Shown: positions 48,321 through 61,025 of the stretch, piece by piece | How positions within the stretch are numbered: the first letter of the stretch is position 1 | Layout: each line of letters starts with the position of its first letter | Assembly: GCF_021028975.2 (NCBI RefSeq) | Contig: NC_059431.1 | Location: 81,344,001 to 81,408,000, forward strand | Length of the DNA stretch: 64,000 bases | Source of the DNA: Sphaerodactylus townsendi | Lineage: Eukaryota | Direction: 5' to 3' | Program-made: the position numbers and the translations under genes | Notes under the pieces: generated by a model | Seen by the model: only the letters and a program-made list of their open reading frames with translations | Database searches by the model: none | What the model was told of the DNA's origin: nothing

Positions 48321-51300
48321 CTAGGAGGATTACTATTGTGGTTTTGCTCTTTACTTATGGATGGGTTGCAGATAATGATGCTGAGGTGTTACCAACCAGA
48401 CCTGAGATGAGATTGGGGGGCTTTTGGGGGGGAAGCATTGGCCATTTTTGCATGGCAAAATTGCACCTGGATGGACCCGGGATCTCACAGACCTGGTCAT
48501 TTTTGCCCCAGTCTGTACTTCTGCACAGATTCCTGCCTCTGTCCCTGGGCTGCTCCAGTTGTTTCTGCACAGGCACAGGGCTTTTTTCATTTGCCCCACA
48601 ATCTATTCCATGCATGCATGGACAACCTCTGTTTCCTGCATTTTGATTGGCTGCTGGTTGTGTCACACAAATGGCGTTATTCTCCCCCATTGCCCCCTTC
48701 ACTTTCATGGAGGGAGAGACCATGGATTTAGAAAGAAAAAGTGGGAGAGCAAAAGGGGGGGATGAAGAGCAGCAAAGTCTGCCTTTTCTAGGCAGGATGG
48801 AAGGAAAGTGTTTGACGGGGGGGTGGCAGCCCTTCTGCAACAGCTTCAATGAAAGACTCCATTTAGGAGAGGAGGAGGAGGGAACCCTTTTGTGCAGATG
48901 ATGGCTTCCTCTTGATTTTGAGTAGCTGGGTTGCTGTCTCTGATTTTTAAATGGATTTTAGAAGAAATGTTCTATGCCTTTTATGAGGGGAAGGTTATAT
49001 CTTTACAATTCTTTGAGCATCAGTTTGGTGACAAAGCAGTTAACAAGCAAACTAAAAAAACCCAAGGTTTTTTAACTGGTCAAGGGGTTGTAGAAACAAG
49101 AATGGTGGAAGCATGAATAGGGACCAGCAATTATAAATCTAAGGAATTTGGGAGCAGGGGGTGGGGTGTGTGGAAGGGAAGATATTTTTTAAGTATGGGA
49201 GGAGGTTTAAGAGAAATTTATATGAATGGCCATCCATTTATGAGAGCAAATTGATACTGTAGTCCTTTATACTGAAGACAATGTAGCTTCAAATCTTTTT
49301 GCAACAGAAGTAACAGGAATTCTCTCTCTGTTCAACCCTGTACTATACTGACACCACCGTGATGCTGCCAGCCTGCTACTAGATCCAAGTCATAAATTGT
49401 TTCTGTTCTGAATGCCCATTTGCTTTCTTTGGAAAGTAGCTCTGCCAAGATTTCCCATTCATTTTCTCAACTGACCTTTGGTTCACTCTTTTCAGCTTTT
49501 TACAGGAATGTCTGTGTTCTTTTGGCTTTCTAAAAGGATTAAAATTGCTCTAAGTCACCTCACAAAACCTGGCAAGAAAAAAAGAGTGTTTTTTAATGTG
49601 CACTTTACAAATGTAATGTACAACAGCACCAAGAGAAGCTGTACCATTCGGTGAACTCAGGTGGTTGCCAAGGATAATACACTGCAGGGGACACAATTTG
49701 GTCTGATATTGATGGATAAAAAGCCCATTGAGGCCAAAATGGATTGTGACCTGGTTCTTGCTGAGAGGCTAAGATGACTCCAACAGATAAAAGCAGCCTC
49801 ATTGTTGAATGACACTAAGGAGAAATGATTCAGACAGTGGGAGATCTGGCTTGCTTAAGTGGCATTTTTTGAAGTGATTCCCAGTGAAAACCAGTGAAAA
49901 TGTAGATTTGGGAAATAGCTAGAGAGAACATAAGTCTTCGTGGAAGATGATGAGCTGCTGCTCATACCTTAAGCTGATACAAACCTTAGCAAGAAGATGC
50001 CTGTGTCTTTAAAAAGTCTCATGGGACAGGAACCAACCAAAGATTTAAAGAATAATCTGGCAAAATTAATAAGATATCTAATAAAATGTCAATTGAAATT
50101 TAGTAGCACTTACTACATTGAAGTTTACACTGGAAAAAAGTAACATTAATTATGGAGATATGATGTTGGCATAAGTAATATTATCAATTCTAATTGGATT
50201 CTAATTTAACTGCTACAGCTCCAAAAACCCCATAGAAACTATGAATACAGACCACAGGTGAACATAAGCTCAATAGGTTGAAGTACATAAAAAGAACAGT
50301 ATTTATTTATTTTAAAAATGATTAGAAAAAATGGAAAAAGTACCTTCACTATGCATTTATGATGCATCCATCATACCTGGGCTTCATGTTATTTAAAGCT
50401 TCTCACCACCTCTCAAAGGAACCCAGCACTGAAAAGATATTGATGAAAAAAAACAAAAATGATTAGTAGTGTGCAATGACTCCCATATGAAAAGTGACAT
50501 ACAATGCTACAGCTCTCCAATTTGGAGTCATGTGGGAGAGAAAAAATCACCCTGTGGGAGTCATGTGGGGGAGAAAAAATCATACACACCCCACTTCCAG
50601 GAAGGAGGAGGGGCATGGCTGGGCCTTGGAGTGATTTTCTAGATTTTTTTAAATGTAAAACAACAGGTACAGAAAGGAGTGACATTTGACCTGAACCCAT
50701 GGCATGAGGGAAAGGGCAGGTAGGTTAACTCTTCTTTTAGTGTTAACAGAAACGAGGAACCTAACTTTTTGCCATTGGGGTTAAATGTAGCTTGTTTTTT
50801 TATGAGAAAAATGAAGAATATGCTGAAAGGAGCCTTAATGTTCTGCTTCCCCCTGTTATGGCCCATCTTTACAGCTATTTTTTACATTGAAAAAGTGCAT
50901 CAAAAGGAGCAACTACTGTTCTTTTTAGTTTATGCCTTAATCATTTAACCCTTAATCATAAGCATAGTTCTGTGACCTCAAACCTGAGTGCCCACATTTC
51001 ACAGCAAAGAAAAGCTTGCAGACTAACTCCATTTGCAGGTCAGGAGAATGTGTCAACAAGCATTTTGATGAGACATTATTCTCAACTTTGAGATCCAGCT
51101 TGTCGAGGATAGACCTTAATTTACACAAGGCTGCTGAAACACTGTATCTGTTACCACTACTCTTCCTTTCAGTGGAATAAATGGGGTACTGTAAATTAAC
51201 AGCTCCTTTCCTTTGTGAAATACCCAAGTGGAGATCTTACAGTGTTCAATCCCAATCGAAATCCTACATTCAGGTCTGCTAAAATTTACCTGCTTTAAAC

Positions 51301-54300
51301 CAATAGGAATTTCTGGATTTTTAGCTACAGAAGAATCAGGCCCTTCACAACTGCCTAACAAGAAATGTTCCAAGGAGAATAGACATCAAAAGCTCTTCTT
51401 TCTTACAGCTATTTTCCCCCAGAAGATAAAGCCAGAGTAATTAAAAAAATAATTAAAGGGTTGAAAGCTGCCATATGAGTTGTGACAACGGATCAGCTTT
51501 TGTTTGCTCCAGCTGCTTTTCACCTCTAGCAACATGACAGTTCACATGGCAGCTCCGCTTATCTCACAAGGGCTCCGGCATTTTCAAATTGTGAGCTTCC
51601 TCTGAACAGAAAAATTGGCTGTGCTGTCATGTTATATTTTGTGAGGGAGGATTTCACGAATGCAGACAGCAGGTTGTCATTGGTGACCAGGAATGTCTTT
51701 CTGGTAATAGCATTTGTGGACAAACAAAGTATAAGAGACCTTCTCCCCAGTATATACTGGAGAACAGAGGCAACCTCTGAGCTAAGAGTTATACAGTAGA
51801 TATGAGATTCTTTATGTTACTACTTCCAAGTATCTCAAAAATTACAGCACATATGCTCATTTATAACATTATTAATGACGTGTATCACAAACCTACTAAC
51901 CACAATACCTACAGTGGTCTTGATACATGCAATTGTCATGTTGCTTGAACAGAGGAAAGTGTATTTATCATACCAGTACAGCCTCAGCATGCTTGAACAA
52001 ATATCCTGCTAAATCCAACTGTGAGTTTGAATGCAATGAGACTATACATATATGGTAAACATGCACTTTGCTTCTGTCCTCACAACAAGGTCTCCTTGTG
52101 TATTGGAAGAGTCTAGGCATGACTGATATGCTTTTGGTTTGTACAGCTGTAATATCTGAAAAGAGCTGATGTGAGTGCCTAAACCTACCTTACTCCAAGT
52201 TCCAGGTAAGAGTCATGTCCTCACCTCACATTGGATTTTGAGGAAGATCAGAAACACTGAGAGTCCTTGCTGCTTTTGACTGCCTCCAGAGCATGGCATG
52301 GTTAGAGAATGGCCTCTCTCATAAACACTCTGCTTACCTGGAAAGAATAGATGAAGGAAGTAGTAACAGCTGGCTATCAAAGGTAGTCAAAATTAGTTGA
52401 TCCTTTGATGCCTGTGCCCTCTGCTCTTCTAAAATCAATGATAACTCAGTTTCAATCAGCTTTCTAGACTTCAGGAACTTCTACTCACTTTCTTCTACCA
52501 GAATTATGCTATAGCAGTGGAACAAAGATGAAAAACATAGCCTTGCTCCAGCAGTTTTTACGAACATACAAATTTTGATTGGCGCATGGGTCTCTCCCGT
52601 TTGCAAGCATGCCTCCATTTATCTCACCATGAAAAGCAAATATATGTGCTTATGAAACTCAGCTGCTTCCATTGGAATGAACAGGCCAGACTGTGAGCAT
52701 GAAAACTCTGAGCTGGATCCTACAGTGTGTGCAAGGGTGACTGTTGGTGTTACGGGGAATGAGTCAACTTAGCCAAAATCATGTTGGACCATGTGGTTCA
52801 GTTTAAAAAGATACAGATGGATATAGCTGTCTATATCTATTTATCTGTAAAGAGAACATGAGAGGATTTTGCACCCTTACTTGGCAGGAGAAAAAACAGC
52901 ATACATTAAAGATAAATGGAAAAAGAAATGGTCTCCAACAAGAATTTTTAAAACTTTTTTTGCAGTTAATAAAAGAAAAATGGACCTTGCCATGAGAGTG
53001 ATATGCTACAAAACTTGTCCGAAAAGGCATTGTTGTATTAAAACATAAGCAGTTCATTCTTGATTTATGCAGCTTTTCTGTCCCAACTCAAGGGCTTCTG
53101 CCAATTAATAGCCTCCACTTAAGCCTTGCCTTCTGCTGAATTTCTGAATAAATTCTTTTCATATATTGTAATAACACTTCAGAACAATAGTATTGTGGCC
53201 CAATGCTAGTGGGGAATTTTGTGGCAACACATGTATTTCATAGTCTACTATACAACTAATGGAGAACTATTCTAACTTAACTTTTTAATGCCTTTACAGT
53301 TTCAGTTGCAAAAACATTGAAGACTTTTTGTCCTACAGGTGCTGTCCACACCAAAACGCAACAAAGCTTGTTGCGACGCTGGCTTACCAAGGCTATTAAT
53401 AAATTCTACTTAGAGGAAAAAACATTATAGCACGTTAATAATTTCTTGCATAATAAATGCATATCTTGGGTACAGTGAAACTTTTATAGCTTTACTGGCA
53501 CTATTATGATTAATAAAGCATAAGTGAAGCTGTACAGCAACACATATTGGTATACAACAGTTTACTGAATGATATACGGAACAGCACTTTTAATACACTC
53601 AAACATTTTGTTCTTCCAGATTGCTTTTGCAAAAGCCACAAATGAACAGGCTTTTAGCACCTGGATCCTGCAAAAACAAATACCGCAGATTAACTTCAGA
53701 TGTTCTGGAAGGAAAAAAGTACAGTGCAGCCTTCCTCAGATTGCCACTTTAGAATGCAAGTCAAGTTATCTTGTGATGGAATACTTCCCACATTGAGAAT
53801 CCCTTGCATGTGAAAAGTTAGCATGTCATTCTTCCTAACATGTTTAAACTCACTCATGAGAACACACAATTTCCTCTCCTGAAGTGATACACTTCTAAGA
53901 ATTGAGCTTTTTCTGAACATATAACTTTTAAAATAGGATTTTCATAATGTCCTTGTGTAATGTTTCTGTCTGTTTATTATCATAGCTACTGTCTGAGACA
54001 CTTACCCTAACTATCAGTGTCCAACTCCTGCCCAAACCCAGCTTCATGGGTAGGCAAGGAGTCTGAATGGAGTCTTCTACATTCACAACCAAGAGTATTC
54101 TAGAGTTAAACATGGTGAGAACATAAACTTAGTCTGATTGAACTCTCTCAGGTATATATGACCTAAGCTTCTTACATTGACCAGCTGTGTTTATAGACAG
54201 ACACTGAAGGCACATAGAAACATATACGTAGTGAAAATCAACTGAAACACCTCAAAAAGGATCCGCTTTTAGTACATGCCTTTTAAAAATTGGAGCAGGT

Positions 54301-55000
54301 GGCAGCTGCAATAGTGAGGGAGAGTAACGGCTGCAAGGGAGTCTAATTATGTAAGACTGAACCATAGTTGTGCCAACTACGCACATATAAGTCAGCCATC
54401 TTCAAACAACTTAAATCTGTAACAGTGTACTTCAAGGACAGTTGATATCATTGCCTAGTGTGCACAAACAGGCTCAGTGATGTTGCATGCTTACAAGAGC
54501 AAGAAGTAGCCATCCTTCCTGTTGTACTGTGTTCAAAGTCAGCCAGATATGCAGACTTGTTTCCCTTCAAGGCACCTGATGTCCATGAAATCTGACTTTT
54601 GGTTCTGAGCTTGAATGCCCTCATAAAAGAGGAAGAAGACATAATAGCGATGAAAATTACATTACTCTTTATACTACTCGTTTGGATCCATCTGGGCACA
54701 TATGTTACCAAGTATAACAAATTGTCTGATTGTCATGCACTATATCCTATACAGTGTTTGTGCACACAGTATGTTTGTGGCATTTACCCTGGGGTATTGC
54801 CATCTGTCTCTATATTATGCTAAAAATGGACTTCCTTGCTTACTTACTGCCATTACTCAAAAAGTCTGCAGAAAGTCTGGGCTGTTTTGCTTAGTAAGAA
54901 TTAAAGCTCTACCACCACAGGCATTATGCTTTTCCTTCAAATCACCTTTCCCTAGATTATTTTATTTCTACTTTCTTATTAAAAACTCAAGACAGCATAC

Positions 55001-55003
<3 letters not shown>

Positions 55004-55052
<49 letters not shown>

Positions 55053-55081
55053 CACATATATATATAAAGAGAGAGAGAGAG
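55004..55081. repeat. Compound microsatellite (CA)n(TA)n(GA)n
   Basis: Read directly from the sequence. Confidence 0.95.
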
Positions 55082-55204
55082 GGCTCCTATCAAGGCACTG
55101 ATTATCAGACTTCTAAGTTTCAGCAAAGATGCTGAATCATTTGCCTTCCAAACAGGTTCTGTTTACCTGTGTAAAGTCAATATCCTCCCACTATCAGGAA
55201 TTTC

Positions 55205-55684
55205 TGTCATTTGGTTCTAGAGAAACACCAAGGCTTAGAGGATGATGGAACTTTAAGAGGACATTACTGCCTTTAGTTTAGGTCCACTATGCTGTCCCAC
55301 ACACCCCTCTCTCTCTGCATCCAATATGAGTGTTGGATTCTGCTTCCTTAGACCTTTCTTCTGAAACTGGTAAATATCACCCTTCCCACAACAACCTCTA
55401 CTATTCCTGTCCATCCATCCTTCACCATTATCTATTCAGAAACTTTGTATGTGTGAGTGTGTGTTTTGCCACACTGCATGTGTACCTTTTATTATTTTAG
55501 TTCTGAAATAAAATTATTCAACTTCACTTAAATTCTGGTTTCCTGCAGCATTCTAAAGGGAAAGCCCCTTGTAAAACAAAGGTGGATAAGATCCCCATTG
55601 CCCCTCCTCTCGCAGTGCAAGGTCTGTCCCCCCCTAATTGCCCAATCTAAAATTAATAGACCCCTCTAATTCAGGTAGCAACAC
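55205..55684 (+). mobile_element. Possible degraded solo LTR
   Basis: AATAAA at about 55507 in an LTR-like context; ends ggtagcaaca. No TSD found. Confidence 0.3.
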
Positions 55685-57411
55685 TGCCATTATTAGTGGA
55701 GGTACCCAGGAGAACCAATTTTAGGAGGTCCTACCATGAAAGTATGTGTCTATAACTTGCAGAGTGTATTAACATCCATACCTCAAAATAAAGACCATTG
55801 ACAAAACATTTGGATTATTAAAATTTCTGCCTTTCATTTGGTTCTCAACCCATTAATGTGAGATCCCTGATTAAAGAGGCCTGCAAACAATCCTAGCAGT
55901 GTGGCCTACAGCCACACCTTACTTACTTTCTTCCTTTTGACTGCACCAAACTTGTGCAGAGAGGTGACACAGAGATAACAAGAGGGGCTCATTTGACTAC
56001 CTCCCCCATCCTTATATCTAAAAACAACAACACACATCTAATCCTGCTAGCCTTTGTAAGGTCTATTCCCTCATCCTACATGTCTGTCTTCAAATCTTCT
56101 AAAGGGATGCTGACAAAGTCACTTCCTGCTCCTAATTAGAGCAGGAATCATGCTTTCATGTGCATCTCCCTCCACTAGCACATTCACTTTTTTTCCTTTG
56201 GTTATCTTTGAAATGACAACTCAAGGAATTGCTTGTCAAATATCACTAAAAATTGAAGAGGACCTTTCCTGGGAAATAAGCTATTACAGGGCTGACAGCC
56301 AATGAAACTTCAAAAGGAAGAGAAATATCGACCACAGCCAGAACAGCAGCTAAGGACAGGGCTCCATTTTCAGTTCAAAATAAACACAAAGTTCTGAGGG
56401 GAATGTAAGTTGAATTGTGCTTTGTACAAGACACAGGAGGATATTTAGTTACCAATTTTGGAGTCTGACTCAGGAACAATTCTGTGTTTGCCAATAGTAA
56501 CAAGCATAAATGTAGTGTCAATATTGTAAAGTAAATGCTGACATGTTTACAGCATACCACCAGAATGTATTTGAAGGGTTTGGGTTCTTTCCAGGAAAAC
56601 AAACCATAAAAATGTACTCAAGTGTTATATTAGTGAAGCTAAAATTGAGGAAGGGAATGGCAACATTAAAGGCACCATGAAAAAGATGCTAAAGCACACA
56701 GGAAGATTTTGAAAGACAGAAAACATTCTAGAACTGATATGTTGAGTAAACTCGTTGTTAATAGCAGGAAGGAAGAAATATCCTTGTAGAACTTAGAGGC
56801 ATGGCAGTCACTATCAGGCGTGATAGTGGACGACAAATTCCTTTTCCTGCTTCATTCCCATCTGAGCTCAATCCAACTTGCCCCTTCCATCCTAGTCTGG
56901 CCTCTGTTAGCCTAAATCAAGCACTGAACTTACTTTGTTCCAGCAAACTGCATGCTGAAGTTCAAGCTGGGTTGTTGCTCAATGAAATAATACAACAGTT
57001 GGCTCAGTGAATGGTTCTTTCATCTCTAGCAAAGCAGCTTATAGTTTCCTCAAGGAATATCGTCAATGAAGGATGAAACTGTCTTCTACCTATGTACTGC
57101 AGACACTTAGCTATCCATTCATAGTCCTTGCCCATCTCTTCTTCCAATAATTACCAAAGCTGTAAACACTCCTGGACAAATACACCCTGCAAAGTCCTTA
57201 TTTTGTGGCCTCTTGCCCTTGACATAAATCATCATTGCTCCACTATTGACCTTTGGACTCAGGACTCTCATACCCTGTCTTTAATGCTGGTTGCCAAGTT
57301 TGTTTGCAAAAAAGATGCCAACTTAAGGTCAGAGATGAAAAGACAGATGTGATAGTGCTGACATGTCTGCTATCCTATTGTTCTGATTGCCAGAACTTGG
57401 ATACACATTCA

Positions 57412-57586
57412 CAGTTGCTTAGCGCCCACAGGACATGGGGGTGATGCCCTGGGTGCGCCCTGAGTGGGGGCATGACCAGGGCATGGATGGGGTGTTCCAA
57501 GGCAGGGTGGGGGTGGGCACCGTGGTGGCAGGGGCACAGGATGTTCCCCCTTGCCCCACACGCAGTTCCCCCTCGCTCTGCCCCTG
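57412..57586. mobile_element. Short GC-rich hAT MITE
   Basis: Termini cagttgcttagcg / cgctctgcccctg. Eroded 8-bp TSD cacattca/catatcca. Confidence 0.7.
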
Positions 57587-57677
57587 CATATCCATGAAAC
57601 TTTGACCCATTTGACAAATATTCATATTTGACATAACTATGGAACATAAATTGTTCTGGATGAAATATTTGTGAGAT

Positions 57678-57890
57678 CATAATTCAATGGCAGAGCACAT
57701 GGACTATCTGCAAAAGATTCCAAGTTCAGCTCTTAGAATGTACATTCACAGAAAAAAACCATAAAAATCCTCAGATGGCATGGCTAGAATTCCTGCCTGT
57801 GGACATAGAATGCTACTCTCAGTCAGAGTGAACAGGACTGGGCTTGATGAGTAAATGCTTTTGATAAAACCACTGAAAATGTTCCTATGA
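57678..57890 (+). mobile_element. Old tRNA-derived SINE (Squam2-like)
   Basis: Head aattcaatggcagagcacatgg..ccaagttca; body cagtcagagtgaacaggactgggcttgatg; tail atgttcctatg. Confidence 0.5.
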
Positions 57891-59968
57891 ATCTTGTGAT
57901 ACCACATTCAAGATGTAATTTCAAATCCATCAAGATGCTTAACAGTTAAAGGCAAATAGGTTTCTGTCCGCATCTACAGCCTAACAACATCCAACTAACT
58001 TTTAAGAGGATGACGGCTTGTCTTGTTATGTATCCAGGTAGACCAGCAAAACTTTTTCTCTATGGAAGCACACAATATACACAAGCTAACAATAGTTGGC
58101 TGTACATCTGTGAAAAGGGTTGAGTGGAGAAACAGATTATAATTCGCTGGGGGCTATTTTTTTCAAAAAAACTCTGATAAGCAGAACTCTTCTAAGAATT
58201 CAGGGGAGGAAGTTTATTATTAGCAATTCCAAAATACCAAGTGGAAGTTAGACACAAGCCATGTAGGATTTTTTTAAAAAACTTTTCAAGAAGAAGATGT
58301 TGGGCATGGATGGAATTGGTGCTGTAGTAAGAGTCAAAGTTGTATAAGTATCATTCTGACCCTTTTCTTCCACAGATCTTGCAGATGAAGAGGAAATGAA
58401 GATCTATTGAAAAAATGTCTATACTCTAATTTGACTCTACTTTGAGAACACTGGAAAAAGAAAATATGGCTACCAAAGTTTTAAAATAAGATATTAGTCA
58501 AGTGAAAAATTCTCAGTATATAGCTCTTCTTCTCAATAAAAGATCTTTAATATTGTTATTTTATCTAGCATTCATTGTACTTAAAATTTGTTTATTTTTA
58601 ATATATATGTATTCCTGATTAAATACAATTCTTCTGAGTTGTACCATTGACAGCACAAGAAACTCAATAGCTGTTTCAAGTATACTGGAAAGCAGTTCTC
58701 TAAATTAGCTTTGGATGACTTTGACTATTTTGCTTAATGTACCAAATAGTCATCAGGTGATACTATTGTGTCTCTACCTGTTGTGCCTGGATTAGAAACA
58801 ATATCCTGAATGTGAAACCCATTGTATTACATTTCCCCTTGCCAGCTTGATTGTGTGACATTAATAGCAAGAACCAATTTAACGCTTTGAGTTTATTTAG
58901 GTACTTTCCTTTTCAGTTGTCTTGTACATTTCTTTTAAGCCCTTGAAGGCTCTGACATGCATGCTGAAGGAAGGGCATTAGAGCAGTCAGATGTGGGCAC
59001 CTTAAGATCAAGTATTCTGGAGACTAACCAGTTCAGATCCCTCTTTTTATGGCAGAAGGGCAGTGGAATATTTAGATTTTGGTTTGATAACCAGTGAGAC
59101 ATAGCAATTACTTGTGCAGATATGGAGCCAGCATGGTAGTTCATGTGTTACAATCACTATGCTATTCTCCATGCCTTTGTTGTTGTCATTATAAAGTGGG
59201 GCACAGGATGCTAGTTGCAATCATTCCAAGCAGAGTCCTCATATGCTCAGGAGATATTGTTAGTCTATCAACTCTTGACGGGATATCCACAGTCTGTGTG
59301 GTAAAGTGCTCTGAATGTTGCAGCCCAATGCAGAGTCCACAGGACAGCTGCTTCCGGCATCACCCACATAAAAGACTGGAGCCCACCATGCATCAGTAGA
59401 AGAGTTTTCTTTAATGTCATTCAGTTTTCACAAGTCAATGCTACTCTAAGATCAAGCACTGACTTTTTATTTCTGATCTGTGTTGCTGTATCTGAAAATT
59501 TAAAGATAAAAGGGAATTTGATTCAGTCATTACAAGCCATTTTCACACGAGTTGTTTATAACATAACTTGGTGCCAAAAGCTATAGTTTTTTTTCCTTTT
59601 AATTCTATATATTTTTTCCTCAATTTGGTTCTGGAAACATTTTCCCTTCATTTTTCTTCCATTGTTTTCCCAAGCACTTTTACTCAATTTTTCTTTAATA
59701 TCCATTTTTAAGCCAGCTTCCTTTTATGTGGAAGTGGTCTTTATTTCTCTGTAACACCAAACACCTGGCCCTTATCCACACCCCCATATAGTTTCTCAAC
59801 CTTTCCTTCAGTCATTTACTCTTCCCCCTCATCCTCCATTTTTGAAAGGAATCCCCCCCCTTTTTTGTCATATTGCGTTAGCGATATAACATCAGAGGAT
59901 AGACACAAGCCAGGTCAATTGTATCAACTTCATCAATTTCATCTCATGTTAGTGATGTAATGTTAAGG

Positions 59969-60544
59969 CAGCGGCGAAACTCCCAGGGGATGGGGGTGTG
60001 TGCGACGCACCAGGCGCACGAATTTGGGTCATGTGGGGGGGTACAAAATTCCCCCGGCCCCTCCCCCTTTCCCCCATTTGCTGTGATGCCCCCCCCACAC
60101 ACACTTACTTTAGAAAATTGAGCAGGCTGGAGAACAGGCCTTCCTGTTCTGGTGGGAACTACATTTCCCAGGGTCTCCTGGGAAATGTAGTTCCCACCAG
60201 AACACAAGCCCTGTTCTGCAGCCTGTTCAGTTTTCTAGGCGAGTGTGTGGGGGGTGCCATGGGGGGCAGCATGATTCCCCCCATAGCGGCCCCCCTGTGG
60301 TGCCCCCCACACTTATTTTAGGAAACCAAGCAGGGTGGAGAACAGGCCTTACTGTTCCAGTGGGAACTACATTTCCCAGGAGACCCTGGGAAAATGCGAA
60401 GTTCCTGGAAGGCCTGTCTCAACCTGCTCAAGTTTCCTAAAGTGAGTGGGAAGTGAAGGTGCTGCCGCGGGGAACCAACATGGTTTTCACCACAGCGGAC
60501 CCTAGCGGCTAATCTGGTGCACTCCCTGTTATCCACGCCCTCTG
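59969..60544. mobile_element. Non-autonomous hAT element, 576 bp, with two internal hairpin modules
   Basis: Termini cagcggcg / cgccctctg. Exact 8-bp TSD tgttaagg (59961-59968, 60545-60552). Palindrome gttctggtgggaactacatttcccagg..cctgggaaatgtagttcccaccagaac. Confidence 0.9.
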
Positions 60545-60957
60545 TGTTAAGGCACTGTGCATGCAATTAGGAACAAGGGAAATTGACAAGGGACTGCCTT
60601 TTTTTTGCAGCATGACATTGACAAGGGACTGCCGCAGTAACAATTGTCACTGTTCCTTCAGATAATAGTGCCTGCTCCAGTAGTTGGAATTTTTTTGTTT
60701 TTGTTTTGTTTTTTGCTTCTATTTTGCGTGGGTAGTTCTCAGTGGTAGAAATGAAGGCTGAAGCTTTCTTTCTTCTTTCTCTATTTTAAATTGCTGCTTC
60801 AATGTAACTACACAGTAATACTAGAGCACCTTCTGCATCATGGATATCCCACTACCATTAGGAATATGTTTTCAGCAATGCAATCTATCTGGTGTAAGTT
60901 CCAACAGCACTTGATTTTGTTTTTGATATGAGCAGAAGCTGCAATGACTCAGTGGCT

Positions 60958-61025
60958 GGGTTGAAGTCTTATATATGCGTGTATGGCCCATGGCTAATAA
61001 ACGTGAATTTGAATTGAATTTGAAT
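60958..61025 (+). mobile_element. Extremely 5'-truncated retroposon insertion (68 bp) with (TGAATT)n-type tail
   Basis: aataaacgtgaatttgaattgaatttgaat tail. Exact 13-bp TSD tgactcagtggct (60945-60957, 61026-61038). Confidence 0.85.

Noticed and set aside
50952-51440. Cluster of 70-90 aa ORFs as a possible host exon
   Set aside because: No recognisable protein and no convincing flanking splice sites; treated as possible non-coding constraint instead.
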